Positions 48,695 through 57,811 of a stretch of 64,000 bases of DNA are shown piece after piece; position 1 is the first letter of the stretch; every line of letters starts with the position of its first letter. Made by a program: the position numbers and the translations under genes. The notes under the pieces are model-generated. The model was not told the DNA's origin. It did not search any database and was given only the letters and a program-made list of their open reading frames with translations. Source of the stretch: Prevotella sp. (lineage in GTDB: Bacteria; Bacteroidota; Bacteroidia; Bacteroidales; Bacteroidaceae); NCBI GenBank assembly GCA_017474485.1, contig JAFVHO010000058.1:112-64111 (forward strand), written 5' to 3'.

Positions 48695-50725
48695 ATGAAC
48701 TTCGAATTGACATCAAAATACAAGCCAACGGGTGACCAACCGGAAGCCATCCAACAACTCACCGACGGACTGTTACGAGGTGACAAGGCACAGGTCTTGT
48801 TGGGCGTGACTGGTTCCGGTAAGACATTCACGGTGGCCAACGTCATCGCTAACGTCAACAAGCCCACCCTCATCCTGTCGCATAACAAGACACTGGCTGC
48901 ACAATTGTATGAGGAGATGCGAGGCTTCTTTCCAGACAATGCCGTAGAGTATTATGTCAGTTATTACGACTACTACCAGCCAGAAGCCTACCTGCCCACT
49001 ACTGACACGTATATTGAGAAGGACTTGGCTATTAACGAAGAGATAGACCGTCTTAGACTACGTGCGGTAAGTAGTTTAATGTCAGGTAGAAAAGACGTTG
49101 TCGTTGTATCTTCAGTTTCATGTATTTACGGTATGGGAAGTCCAGTGGCGCTCAACGAAAATATCATAGAGATTCATTGTGGACAGATTCTTGACCGAAA
49201 TGCATTGTTAAGAAAATTAGTAGCCGCGCTATACGTCCGAAACGACATTGAACTGAAACGTGGCTGCTTCCGTGTCAAGGGGGATACCGTTGATGTGGCT
49301 ATGGCCTATAGCGAGGTCATTCTGCGGATCACATTCTGGGACGACGAAATAGATGCCATTGAGGAACTGGATGCTGTCACCATGCAACGTTTGGCCAGAT
49401 TCGAGGCTTATAAGCTCTATCCGGCCAACCTCTTTATGACCACACAGGAGCAGACCAACCTCGCCATCCGCCATATCCAGGACGATTTAGTGAAACAGGT
49501 AGCCTTCTTCGAGGAGTTGGGTGATGGTATCAAGGCACAACGTATCAAGGAACGCGTAGAGTACGATATGGAGATGATCAAGGAATTGGGCCATTGTTCA
49601 GGCATCGAGAACTACTCCCGCTACTTCGATGGTCGCCAGGCTGGTGAACGTCCCTACTGTCTGCTTGATTTCTTCCCAGACGACTATCTGATGGTCATTG
49701 ACGAGAGCCATGTCTCCGTTCCTCAAATAGGCGCCATGTGGGGAGGTGACCGTGCCCGCAAGACCAACCTGGTGGAATACGGTTTCCGATTACCTGCCGC
49801 CTTCGATAACCGTCCACTGACATTTGATGAGTTTAAAGCGATGACCCATCAGGTCATCTATGTCTCTGCAACGCCTGCTGACTATGAGCTTAACGAGGCA
49901 GAAGGTGTTGTTGTAGAGCAAGTGATACGTCCTACCGGCTTGTTGGACCCAGAGATTGAAGTACGTCCCACTGAGAATCAGATTGACGACCTGCTGGAGG
50001 AAATACACCAGCGCATTGACCGCAAGGAACGCGTGCTGATTACCACCCTGACCAAGCGCATGGCTGAGGAATTAAGCGAATACCTGTTGAACCACGGCAT
50101 ACAGACAACCTATATTCACAGCGAGGTAACGACATTGGAACGCGTCAAGATCCTGGAAAACCTACGCAATGGCACATTTGACGTTCTGGTTGGTGTCAAT
50201 CTGCTACGTGAGGGACTCGACCTACCCGAAGTATCGCTGGTAGCCATCATGGATGCCGACAAGGAGGGTTTCCTCCGTTCCCACCGCAGTCTGACCCAGA
50301 CTGCTGGTCGTGCAGCACGTAATGTCAACGGTAAGGTCATCATGTATGCAGACAACATCACAGCCTCCATGCAGTTGACTATTGACGAAACACTACGCCG
50401 TCGTACCAAACAGTTGAAGTACAACGAGGAGCATGGCATTACGCCTACACAGATTCAGAAGTCGCTGAAACAGAGCGACCTGCACCAATACGACGAGTCG
50501 GCTATCAGTACAGGAACCACTGCTTCCACCGTCTATATTGGTCCTTCCGAGGCTGCCTATGCTGCCGATCCTATCATCGAACGCATGACCCGCCAGCAGT
50601 TGGAGAAGAGCATTGCCCAAACCACCCGATTGATGAAGGAGGCTGCCAAGAAGCTTGACTTCCTACAGGCAGCCCAATATCGTGATGAAATCATCCGACT
50701 GCAAAAGGAGTTGGAGCTGAAATAA
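48695..50725 (+). CDS. uvrB: Excinuclease ABC subunit B
   Basis: GVTGSGKT, YYDYYQPEAY, IDESH, C-terminal UVR domain; promoter TACCTTTG at 48681. Confidence 0.97.
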   Translation: MNFELTSKYKPTGDQPEAIQQLTDGLLRGDKAQVLLGVTGSGKTFTVANVIANVNKPTLILSHNKTLAAQLYEEMRGFFPDNAVEYYVSYYDYYQPEAYLPTTDTYIEKDLAINEEIDRLRLRAVSSLMSGRKDVVVVSSVSCIYGMGSPVALNENIIEIHCGQILDRNALLRKLVAALYVRNDIELKRGCFRVKGDTVDVAMAYSEVILRITFWDDEIDAIEELDAVTMQRLARFEAYKLYPANLFMTTQEQTNLAIRHIQDDLVKQVAFFEELGDGIKAQRIKERVEYDMEMIKELGHCSGIENYSRYFDGRQAGERPYCLLDFFPDDYLMVIDESHVSVPQIGAMWGGDRARKTNLVEYGFRLPAAFDNRPLTFDEFKAMTHQVIYVSATPADYELNEAEGVVVEQVIRPTGLLDPEIEVRPTENQIDDLLEEIHQRIDRKERVLITTLTKRMAEELSEYLLNHGIQTTYIHSEVTTLERVKILENLRNGTFDVLVGVNLLREGLDLPEVSLVAIMDADKEGFLRSHRSLTQTAGRAARNVNGKVIMYADNITASMQLTIDETLRRRTKQLKYNEEHGITPTQIQKSLKQSDLHQYDESAISTGTTASTVYIGPSEAAYAADPIIERMTRQQLEKSIAQTTRLMKEAAKKLDFLQAAQYRDEIIRLQKELELK

Positions 50726-50840
50726 AATTAAAAAATCAAAAAAACAGCCCACATTTCATACGCACGTGCACGAAAATCAATTATAATTAGTACTTTTGCA
50801 CCATATTTTGAACAGAAATAAACAAAAAAGACACATACAA

Positions 50841-51464
50841 ATGATGAAAAAGTTATTCTTTACCATGTTGGCGCTGATGCCCCTCACACTGTGGGCACAG
50901 GACAACGTCTGGGAATTCAATGAAGATGAAGAAGTAAAAGAGGAAGTAAAGGCCAAGACGAAGGTAGACCCCAAATACCTGAAGGGTGCTGTGCCTGAAG
51001 TCAATGGACTGGTCGTGTTCAGCAAACATATTGAGGCTCCTGGCAAGACAGCCTCTCAGATTTATGACATCATGCTGAAGTACATGGAGCGTCTGACCAA
51101 GACTTCCTATCAAATTGATTCGAAGATTTCTACATCTGATGCCCAGAAACACGAGATTGTAGGCATCTACCAAGAGTGGCTTGTTTTCAAGAACACCGCT
51201 CTCTCGCTTGATCGCACCCGTTTCTTCTATGCACTCCGTGCCCAGTGTAACGATGGCTCTGTCGATATAGAGATGATGCGCATCCGTTATCTCTATGAAG
51301 AGGAGCGTAGCCCACAGCGCATGACTGCCGAAGAGTGGATTACCGACAAAGAGGCGGTGAATAAGAAGAATACCAAGCTGATGCCCATGTCTGGTAAGTT
51401 CCGTCGTAAGACCATTGATCGTAAGGACTATCTGTTTAACAAATTCGAGTCGTTATTGAAATGA
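50841..51464 (+). CDS. DUF4468-domain secreted protein
   Basis: KYLKGAVPEVNG.VVF; AEEWITD; KFRRKTID. Confidence 0.7.
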   Translation: MMKKLFFTMLALMPLTLWAQDNVWEFNEDEEVKEEVKAKTKVDPKYLKGAVPEVNGLVVFSKHIEAPGKTASQIYDIMLKYMERLTKTSYQIDSKISTSDAQKHEIVGIYQEWLVFKNTALSLDRTRFFYALRAQCNDGSVDIEMMRIRYLYEEERSPQRMTAEEWITDKEAVNKKNTKLMPMSGKFRRKTIDRKDYLFNKFESLLK

Positions 51465-51628
51465 GCATCCGTTCACTGCGCAACTGGCTCAACCTCATTT
51501 TTGTCGTTGGAGCAGCAACGGGTATGTTGGTGTACTATCTGCACAACCATGATTTGGGCACCTATATCATCCTTGGTTCCATGGTGTTCAAATTCATTGA
51601 AGTGACGCTGAGACTGATGAAAATATGA
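51461..51628 (+). CDS. Small two-TM membrane protein (55 aa)
   Basis: MSIRSLRNWLNLIFVVGAATGMLVYYLHNHDLGTYIILGSMVFKFIEVTLRLMKI*; ATGA overlaps with both neighbours. Confidence 0.75.
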   Translation: MSIRSLRNWLNLIFVVGAATGMLVYYLHNHDLGTYIILGSMVFKFIEVTLRLMKI

Positions 51629-54006
51629 ACAAGACCGTCCTTTCCTCATTCCTCTTGATACTCATGGTCTGCATACCTTGCGGTGTGCAGGCTCAAGTGT
51701 ATAATGAGATGGATGCTGACGGCAACATCAATCAGTTTGACGAATATGGCAATCAGAACTTCAATCCCAACAAGCGTGACTCTGTGAAGGGTGAGAAAGA
51801 AGTTCCCAAGGGGGTATGGGTATGGACCGTTGACCGTCGTTTTGGTGACATCCGTCCTGCCGAGCTCGACACCATGCCACATCTTTATCAGAACTCCATC
51901 TACAATACTGGTCTTTATGGCGAATACAATACCACGGGTAATAACTATTCGCCCCGTCTAAGCCGTATCTTTATCGACAGACGACAGACCGATGAGTTCT
52001 TCTTTACCCAGCCATACGACTATACCACCAAGTTGCCCGATGAGTTTCTGTTCACCAACACGCTGTCGCCTTACACCCATATCTCCTATGACAACTGCGG
52101 TGACAAACAGCATGGTGAAGACCATATCGACGCCAAGTTTGCCGTCAATGCCAACAAACGATTAGGCTTTGGTTTCGACCTCGACTATCACTATGGCAAC
52201 GGCTACTATCAGTCGCAGAACAACGCCAACTTCCGTGCATCGCTCTTCGGTTCCTATCGGGGCGACCGCTATCAAATGCACCTGCTGGCATCGTTCTATC
52301 ACCGAAAGAACACTGAGAATGGTGGTATTCTGAACGACAACCTCATCAAGCACCCTGAGCAAGAGACTGTACAGTTCTCTGAGGAGGAAATACCCACCGT
52401 ACTCACGCGTAACTGGAATCGTAATGACTCCAGACACCTGTTCTTCACGCACCGTTATAACATTGGTTTCTATCGTAAGGTAAAGATGACTGACGAAGAG
52501 ATTGAGGCCCGTAAATTTGCCCAGATGTCAGCCCAGAAGAACAAGAAAGACGAGAAAAATGCTGATAAGGAGAAGGACCAGCCCCGTGGACGTAAACCTT
52601 CCGAAAAAGTATCTGAAGAAAAGCCCATGGGACGTCCTAAGGATGCAAAGATTATGGGCGATGAACCTGTTGCCGAGAAACCTGCAGAGGTAGTGGACAC
52701 CACACGTATCTCTGTGGAGTCACAAGCCATGCTGGACAGTCTGAACCGTGCACAGGCCATTCAGGACTCCATCGATGCCACAATGAAGAAGGAGTACGTG
52801 CCTGTAACCAGTATTATCCATACCCTCGACATCAACGGTTACGACCGTATCTATCAGGCATACATCACCCCCAAGGACTATTATGCCAATACCTATTATA
52901 ATGGTACGTATGATAATACCTATGCTGGCGATTCCATCTACGACCAGTATAAGTACTCGTCGGTGAAAAACACCATTGGCATCGCCCTGCTTGAAGGTTT
53001 CAACAAATATGTCAAGGCAGGCTTGAAGCTCTTTGCCTCGTACGAGTACCGTAAGTATCAGATGCCTGAATTGTTGACTGACGGCAGCAATCGCTACGTA
53101 CTCAACAGCTGGACGGGTCACTGTACCAATATCGGTGCCCAGTTGGCCAAGACACAGGGCAGGACCCTGCACTTCAATCTGGCTGGCGAACTTGGTGTGA
53201 CTGGTCTCGATGCCGGCTCATTGGCTGTAGACTTCAACACCGATGTCAACTTTGCGCTCTTCGGTGATACCGTGCAGTTGGCAGCCAAAGCCTTCTTCCG
53301 TCGCACCAAACCACGCTTCTTCCAGAATCAGTATCACTCCAAGCATTTCTGGTGGGACCAGTCGTTGAACAGTGAGACACGAACTCATATCGAAGGACTT
53401 TTCAGCTATCAGAAGACTAACACGCAATTGCGCGTGGCTATTGACGAGATACAAAACTATACATACTTCGGCATGAGCTATGGTCTTGGTGGTTCAGACG
53501 GAACAAACCGCCAACAACTGACCGCCAATGTCTATCAGTCGGTAGGCAATATCAATGTTCTTACGGCTCAGGTGCGCCAGAATTTCCAGTGGGGTATCAT
53601 TAATTGGGAGAACATCGTCACCTATCAGAATTCCAGCAATTCCGAAGTACTGCCCCTACCCGACTTCAACATCTGGTCGAACCTGTTCCTCAAGTTCAAG
53701 ATTGCACGCGTGCTGAGTGTCGAATTGGGTGGTTGTGTCACCTACTTCACCAAATACTTTGCTCCTGACTACGTACCCCAGCTCAACCAGTTTGCTGTCC
53801 AGCAGAACGCAGCCAGCCGTGTGGAAATCGGTGGCTATCCTTGGGTCGACGTCTATGCCAACATGCACCTGAAACGTGCACGTTTCTTCATTGCTTACAG
53901 TCACGTCAACGGCGGTTCAGGCGACAAGAACTACTTCCTGACGCCCCACTATCCCACCAACGGTCGCATCATGCACATGGGCATATCGTGGAACTTCTAT
54001 AATTAA
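51625..54006 (+). CDS. Putative porin (Bacteroidetes Porin_10-like beta-barrel)
   Basis: Signal peptide; ENGGI; C-terminal PHYP......GISWNFYN. Confidence 0.8.
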   Translation: MNKTVLSSFLLILMVCIPCGVQAQVYNEMDADGNINQFDEYGNQNFNPNKRDSVKGEKEVPKGVWVWTVDRRFGDIRPAELDTMPHLYQNSIYNTGLYGEYNTTGNNYSPRLSRIFIDRRQTDEFFFTQPYDYTTKLPDEFLFTNTLSPYTHISYDNCGDKQHGEDHIDAKFAVNANKRLGFGFDLDYHYGNGYYQSQNNANFRASLFGSYRGDRYQMHLLASFYHRKNTENGGILNDNLIKHPEQETVQFSEEEIPTVLTRNWNRNDSRHLFFTHRYNIGFYRKVKMTDEEIEARKFAQMSAQKNKKDEKNADKEKDQPRGRKPSEKVSEEKPMGRPKDAKIMGDEPVAEKPAEVVDTTRISVESQAMLDSLNRAQAIQDSIDATMKKEYVPVTSIIHTLDINGYDRIYQAYITPKDYYANTYYNGTYDNTYAGDSIYDQYKYSSVKNTIGIALLEGFNKYVKAGLKLFASYEYRKYQMPELLTDGSNRYVLNSWTGHCTNIGAQLAKTQGRTLHFNLAGELGVTGLDAGSLAVDFNTDVNFALFGDTVQLAAKAFFRRTKPRFFQNQYHSKHFWWDQSLNSETRTHIEGLFSYQKTNTQLRVAIDEIQNYTYFGMSYGLGGSDGTNRQQLTANVYQSVGNINVLTAQVRQNFQWGIINWENIVTYQNSSNSEVLPLPDFNIWSNLFLKFKIARVLSVELGGCVTYFTKYFAPDYVPQLNQFAVQQNAASRVEIGGYPWVDVYANMHLKRARFFIAYSHVNGGSGDKNYFLTPHYPTNGRIMHMGISWNFYN

Positions 54007-54039
54007 GATAATGTGAAATTGAGAAAATGAGGTAATGAG

Positions 54040-54675
54040 ATGAAAAATCCGTCGTTAGATCTCGTCGAGTTTATCGAGACGCAGATACTGCCTCAGTATC
54101 AGCAGTTCGACCGCGCCCATAACATGGAACACGTCACGCGCGTCATCCGTAGTTCTTTGCTACTGGCTCAACAGACAGGTGCCGACATCGATATGGTTTA
54201 TACCATTGCCGCCTACCACGATTTGGGACTTACTGGGCCACGTGCCATTCACCATATTACCAGTGGTAAGATACTTTTGGCCGATGCCCGACTCAAGCGC
54301 TGGTTCTCGCCTGATCAGCTACGCTTGATGAAAGAGGCTGTCGAAGACCACCGTGCTTCAGCCTCACGTGCCCCACGCAGCATCTACGGCAAGATAGTGG
54401 CTGAGGCCGACCGCGACCTGGAGCCCACCAACGTCATCCGTCGTACCATCCAGTTTGGATTGGCCAACTATGCCGAACTCGATCGCGAAGGTCATTGGAG
54501 TCGTTTGCTCCAACATCTCGATGAGAAATACTCTACCAAAGGGTATATACATCTTTGGATAAGCGGTTCACAGAATGAACGCTGGTTAGCCGAATTGCGC
54601 CAGCTTATTGCCAATCCCAGCGAACTGCGTCCCATCTTCGAAAAGCTCTATGACGATGAAACAAAACTCACTTAA
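54040..54675 (+). CDS. HD-domain phosphohydrolase
   Basis: AH...H, AAYHDLG, EDHRAS, AEADR. Confidence 0.88.
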   Translation: MKNPSLDLVEFIETQILPQYQQFDRAHNMEHVTRVIRSSLLLAQQTGADIDMVYTIAAYHDLGLTGPRAIHHITSGKILLADARLKRWFSPDQLRLMKEAVEDHRASASRAPRSIYGKIVAEADRDLEPTNVIRRTIQFGLANYAELDREGHWSRLLQHLDEKYSTKGYIHLWISGSQNERWLAELRQLIANPSELRPIFEKLYDDETKLT

Positions 54676-55546
54676 AGCCTGGGTACTTGCTGCCCGTCCT
54701 AAGACGCTTACCGGAGCCGCTGTTCCCGTCATGATAGGTGTCGCTTTAGCCTATATCGATTCGCAGGAGTTTGGCACCTTCAGTCCTACAGCAGCCCTAC
54801 TCTGCCTGCTCTTTTCCTTTATCATGCAGATTGACGCCAACTTTGTCAACGACTTCTTCGACTATGCCCGTGGCAACGACGACCCTGCCACCCGTCTAGG
54901 ACCACTGCGTGCCTGTACACAAGGCTGGGTCAGCATCGATGCCATGAAGCATGCCATAGCCTTCACGACCTGTTTGGCCTGTCTCGTAGGCCTGCCCCTT
55001 ATCTTCTATGGAGGCCTTGAAATGGTGCTCATCGGCATTCTTTGCGTCGTCTTCTGCTTCCTCTACACCACCCATCTGTCCTATATCGGCATGGGCGACG
55101 TGTTAGTACTTGTCTTCTTTGGCATCGTACCCGTCTGCTGCACCTATTATGTCCAGCTCCACACCTGCCCGCTAACCGTTATTGTGGCTTCGTTGGCCTG
55201 TGGACTTGTCATCGATGCTCTGCTTATCGTCAACAACTACCGAGATCGCGATGTTGACCGTCGTGATGGTAAACAGACATTGGTGGTCAAAATCGGTGCT
55301 ACAGCTTCTGAGTGGCTCTACCTTGCCATCGGTATCATAGCTGTTCTTGCAGGTCTTCTTTTCTGGGCTGAAGGTCACGTTCTGGCATTCGTGCTCCCCT
55401 TCCTATATCTGACGCTCCACGTTTTTACGTGGCTTAAGCTGCGTCGTATCCACGAGGGGCGCCAACTCAATGAATGTCTGGGCGAAACAGCCCGTAACAT
55501 CTTCGTCTATGGCCTCTGTGTAACCATAGGTTTATTACTGACATAA
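54650..55546 (+). CDS. menA: 1,4-dihydroxy-2-naphthoate polyprenyltransferase
   Basis: AARPKTL, NFVNDFFD, NNYRD..D...GK.TL. Confidence 0.92.
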   Translation: MTMKQNSLKAWVLAARPKTLTGAAVPVMIGVALAYIDSQEFGTFSPTAALLCLLFSFIMQIDANFVNDFFDYARGNDDPATRLGPLRACTQGWVSIDAMKHAIAFTTCLACLVGLPLIFYGGLEMVLIGILCVVFCFLYTTHLSYIGMGDVLVLVFFGIVPVCCTYYVQLHTCPLTVIVASLACGLVIDALLIVNNYRDRDVDRRDGKQTLVVKIGATASEWLYLAIGIIAVLAGLLFWAEGHVLAFVLPFLYLTLHVFTWLKLRRIHEGRQLNECLGETARNIFVYGLCVTIGLLLT

Positions 55547-55625
55547 AAATTTTTTCAAATATCGTGTAGTTTTTCAGAACTTTGTTGCGTCTAATGGGCA
55601 AAAAGATTTAAAAACAGACGAGACA

Positions 55626-56105
55626 ATGACAACATTAGAACGACAATTTGCGCAAACCGTCGCAGAACACAAAAGCACCATCTACACCGTGTGCTACATG
55701 TTCTCACAGGATGCCGATGAAGTGAACGACCTGTTCCAGGAGGTACTAGTCAATCTTTGGAAAGGCTTCGAGAGCTTCGAGCATCGTAGTGACATCAAGA
55801 CGTGGATCTATCGCGTCGCCCTCAACACCTGTATCTCTATTGACAGAAAAAAGAAGCGACGCTCATCCGAAGTCCGACTGACCATGGACATCAACCTCTT
55901 TGAAGACCGCGACGAGGACACCAAGCAAGTGGACATGCTCCACAAGCGCATCTCCAAGTTGCAACCCTTCGACCGTGCGATTGTCCTGCTCTGGCTCGAG
56001 AACCTCAGCTATGAGGAAATCGGACAGATTGTCGGTATCACCGCAAAAAACGTCAGCGTCCGCCTGTTCAGAATCCGTGAACAGCTAAAGAACATTAAAG
56101 ATTAA
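55626..56105 (+). CDS. ECF RNA polymerase sigma-70 factor
   Basis: DLFQEV, TWIYRVALN, LSYEEI..I.GI...NV..RL.R. Confidence 0.92.
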   Translation: MTTLERQFAQTVAEHKSTIYTVCYMFSQDADEVNDLFQEVLVNLWKGFESFEHRSDIKTWIYRVALNTCISIDRKKKRRSSEVRLTMDINLFEDRDEDTKQVDMLHKRISKLQPFDRAIVLLWLENLSYEEIGQIVGITAKNVSVRLFRIREQLKNIKD

Positions 56106-56124
56106 ACATTAAACATTAGACGTT

Positions 56125-56715
56125 ATGAACAACAATGATTTCGATTTTGAGAATATGCGTCAGCAGATGACCATGCTCAAGAACAAACTGAACCAGCAGG
56201 AGATAGTCAACGACCGACTCATCCGCCACTCAATGAAAAAGACCGCTGGCAATATCAGCCGCAGATACTATTTCATCATGGCCCTCTGCCTATTGATGAT
56301 TCCCTATAGCTACTGGGCATTCGTAAGGTTAAACGGTTTCTCCATTCCTTTCTGGATCTTTACCTGCGTGGTCATGCTGGTTAGCTTTGGAGGCACCTTC
56401 TATAACAGCAGGAAACTGAGCGATTCAAACATGATGACCAACAACCTCGTGGATGTCCGTCGCCGTATGGCCAACGCCAAGAAGTTCGATGCCAACTGGC
56501 TCTTCCTCGGCATTCCCCTCGCCATCGTCTTTCTGGGCTGGTTTATGTACGAGTCCTATCTGCTTCATCCTAACGCCTTTTTCAACGGCCTCTTCTGGGC
56601 TGGATGTATTGGTGGCACATTTGGAGCCATCTGGGGATTCTCTCTCCACTTCAAGACCCAGCGCCAGTATCAGGAAATCATCGACCAGATAGAAGACCTC
56701 ACGGCAGACGAGTAA
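56125..56715 (+). CDS. Multi-TM membrane protein, candidate anti-sigma factor
   Basis: Four hydrophobic segments; directly follows the ECF sigma gene. Confidence 0.6.
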   Translation: MNNNDFDFENMRQQMTMLKNKLNQQEIVNDRLIRHSMKKTAGNISRRYYFIMALCLLMIPYSYWAFVRLNGFSIPFWIFTCVVMLVSFGGTFYNSRKLSDSNMMTNNLVDVRRRMANAKKFDANWLFLGIPLAIVFLGWFMYESYLLHPNAFFNGLFWAGCIGGTFGAIWGFSLHFKTQRQYQEIIDQIEDLTADE

Positions 56716-56732
56716 TTACAATAACTACAAAT

Positions 56733-56760
56733 GAGGGTGTGTCAATTTAGGCACACCCTC
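56733..56760. repeat. REP-like hairpin copy 3
   Basis: GAGGGTGTGTC-AATTTA-GGCACACCCTC. Confidence 0.8.
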
Positions 56761-56781
56761 GTTCTTGATTAGTACGTGAAC

Positions 56782-56868
56782 TCAACCCTTTATCATATTT
56801 ATCTTGCGACGATTGCCAAATGGCCTGACGGCAAAGTGGAGCCAGTAGGTGCCTTTGGGCGAACAACA
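56782..56868 (-). pseudogene. Second C-terminal fragment of the peptidase M15-like gene
   Basis: SPKGTYWLHFAVRPFGNRRKINMIKG*, homologous to the fragment at 997-1152. Confidence 0.6.
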
Positions 56869-56930
56869 TCAGACATTAGACATCCATGTACACTACAATT
56901 TCAATATAATTATCTTCATTTCTTCATTTT

Positions 56931-57532
56931 TAGTGACATAGTGACATAACATATTTGTTATTATTTGAATATCAGATGATTATGAGGTTATTTGCAAGAC
57001 ACTTAGTGACATAATAGTGACATAATAGTGACATAGTAGTGACATAAATATAGCATTTTCTTGTATTTATCGCCACTCTCACCTCTCTTATGGATGGCTA
57101 ACTGTCGACTAGTATACCAGCTCATCGCGTCATTAGTACTTCCACTGTCTGAGATTATGCCTTGTTGTTGAATTCTCTAGAGAATTGAACCGAATGCACT
57201 AATCTCCTCAATCGTTAGAGGCCTACTAATGCTTGAATTCTCTAGAGAATTGAACCGAATGCACTAATCTCCTCAATCGTTAGAGGCCTACTAATGCTTG
57301 AATTCTCTAGAGAATTGAACAACAACTCATAGACTTTCAAGTTGCTACTCAATATCTTTCTATCTGCTAGCTTACTATGCACCTATTACTTGCTTATAAT
57401 ATGAAATGATTCCACTATTATGTCGATTTTATGTCACTTCTATGTCACTATTATGTCACTTTTATGTCACTAAGTAATTTTGTAACATTTTGAAATATAA
57501 TAATATATCTTCAATTTATGTCATATGTCACT
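56931..57532. repeat. Symmetric non-coding element, copy 1: inverted arrays of 11-bp repeats around central palindromes
   Basis: (TAGTGACATAA)x4 at 57004-57047 is inverted to 57428-57475 (48 bp, 2 mismatches). Outer GACATA dimers lie at 56931-56948 and 57516-57532. Confidence 0.9.
57168..57320. repeat. Three palindromes TTGAATTCTCTAGAGAATTGAAC at 65-bp period with two identical 42-bp spacers
   Basis: Copies at 57168-57190, 57233-57255 and 57298-57320. Confidence 0.95.
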
Positions 57533-57753
57533 TGGTTTTGGAATTTCTATAGAACATTATACTGATTTTCGATGAATTTCAATTAAAAATTGAATGATTT
57601 TCTCAATTTTTTCGCCAATATTTTACGATTCTCTAGAAAATATGTATTTTCGAAGCAAAAATACTACATTTCTCTAACAGGGGTGCTGTAATGGCAGCCT
57701 TTGCTTTTTGTCTTTGGCAATTTGGGGTGAGCGATAAAAAAAATACGATTTGT

Positions 57754-57784
57754 TTTGCATTTCTCTCGATTTTTACTACCTTTG
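57754..57784 (+). promoter_or_regulatory. Bacteroidetes promoter for the second btuF/btuC-like pair
   Basis: TTTG - 19 bp - TACCTTTG. Confidence 0.7.
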
Positions 57785-57811
57785 CACCAAATGTCAACGA
57801 AATTATACAAG

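Noticed and set aside
57168-57320. CRISPR array
   Set aside because: The spacers are identical to each other and homologous to the spacer in the second element, the repeat is an almost perfect loopless palindrome, and there is no cas gene in the window.
57628-57641. Fourth palindrome copy ATTCTCTAGAAAAT
   Set aside because: Only a partial match in AT-rich DNA and out of the 65-bp register; it may be chance.
57670-57735. TPP or cobalamin riboswitch upstream of the second btuF-like gene (AGGGGTGCTG...)
   Set aside because: It lacks CTGAGA and the B12 box, and it lies upstream of the predicted promoter, so it would not be in the transcript.
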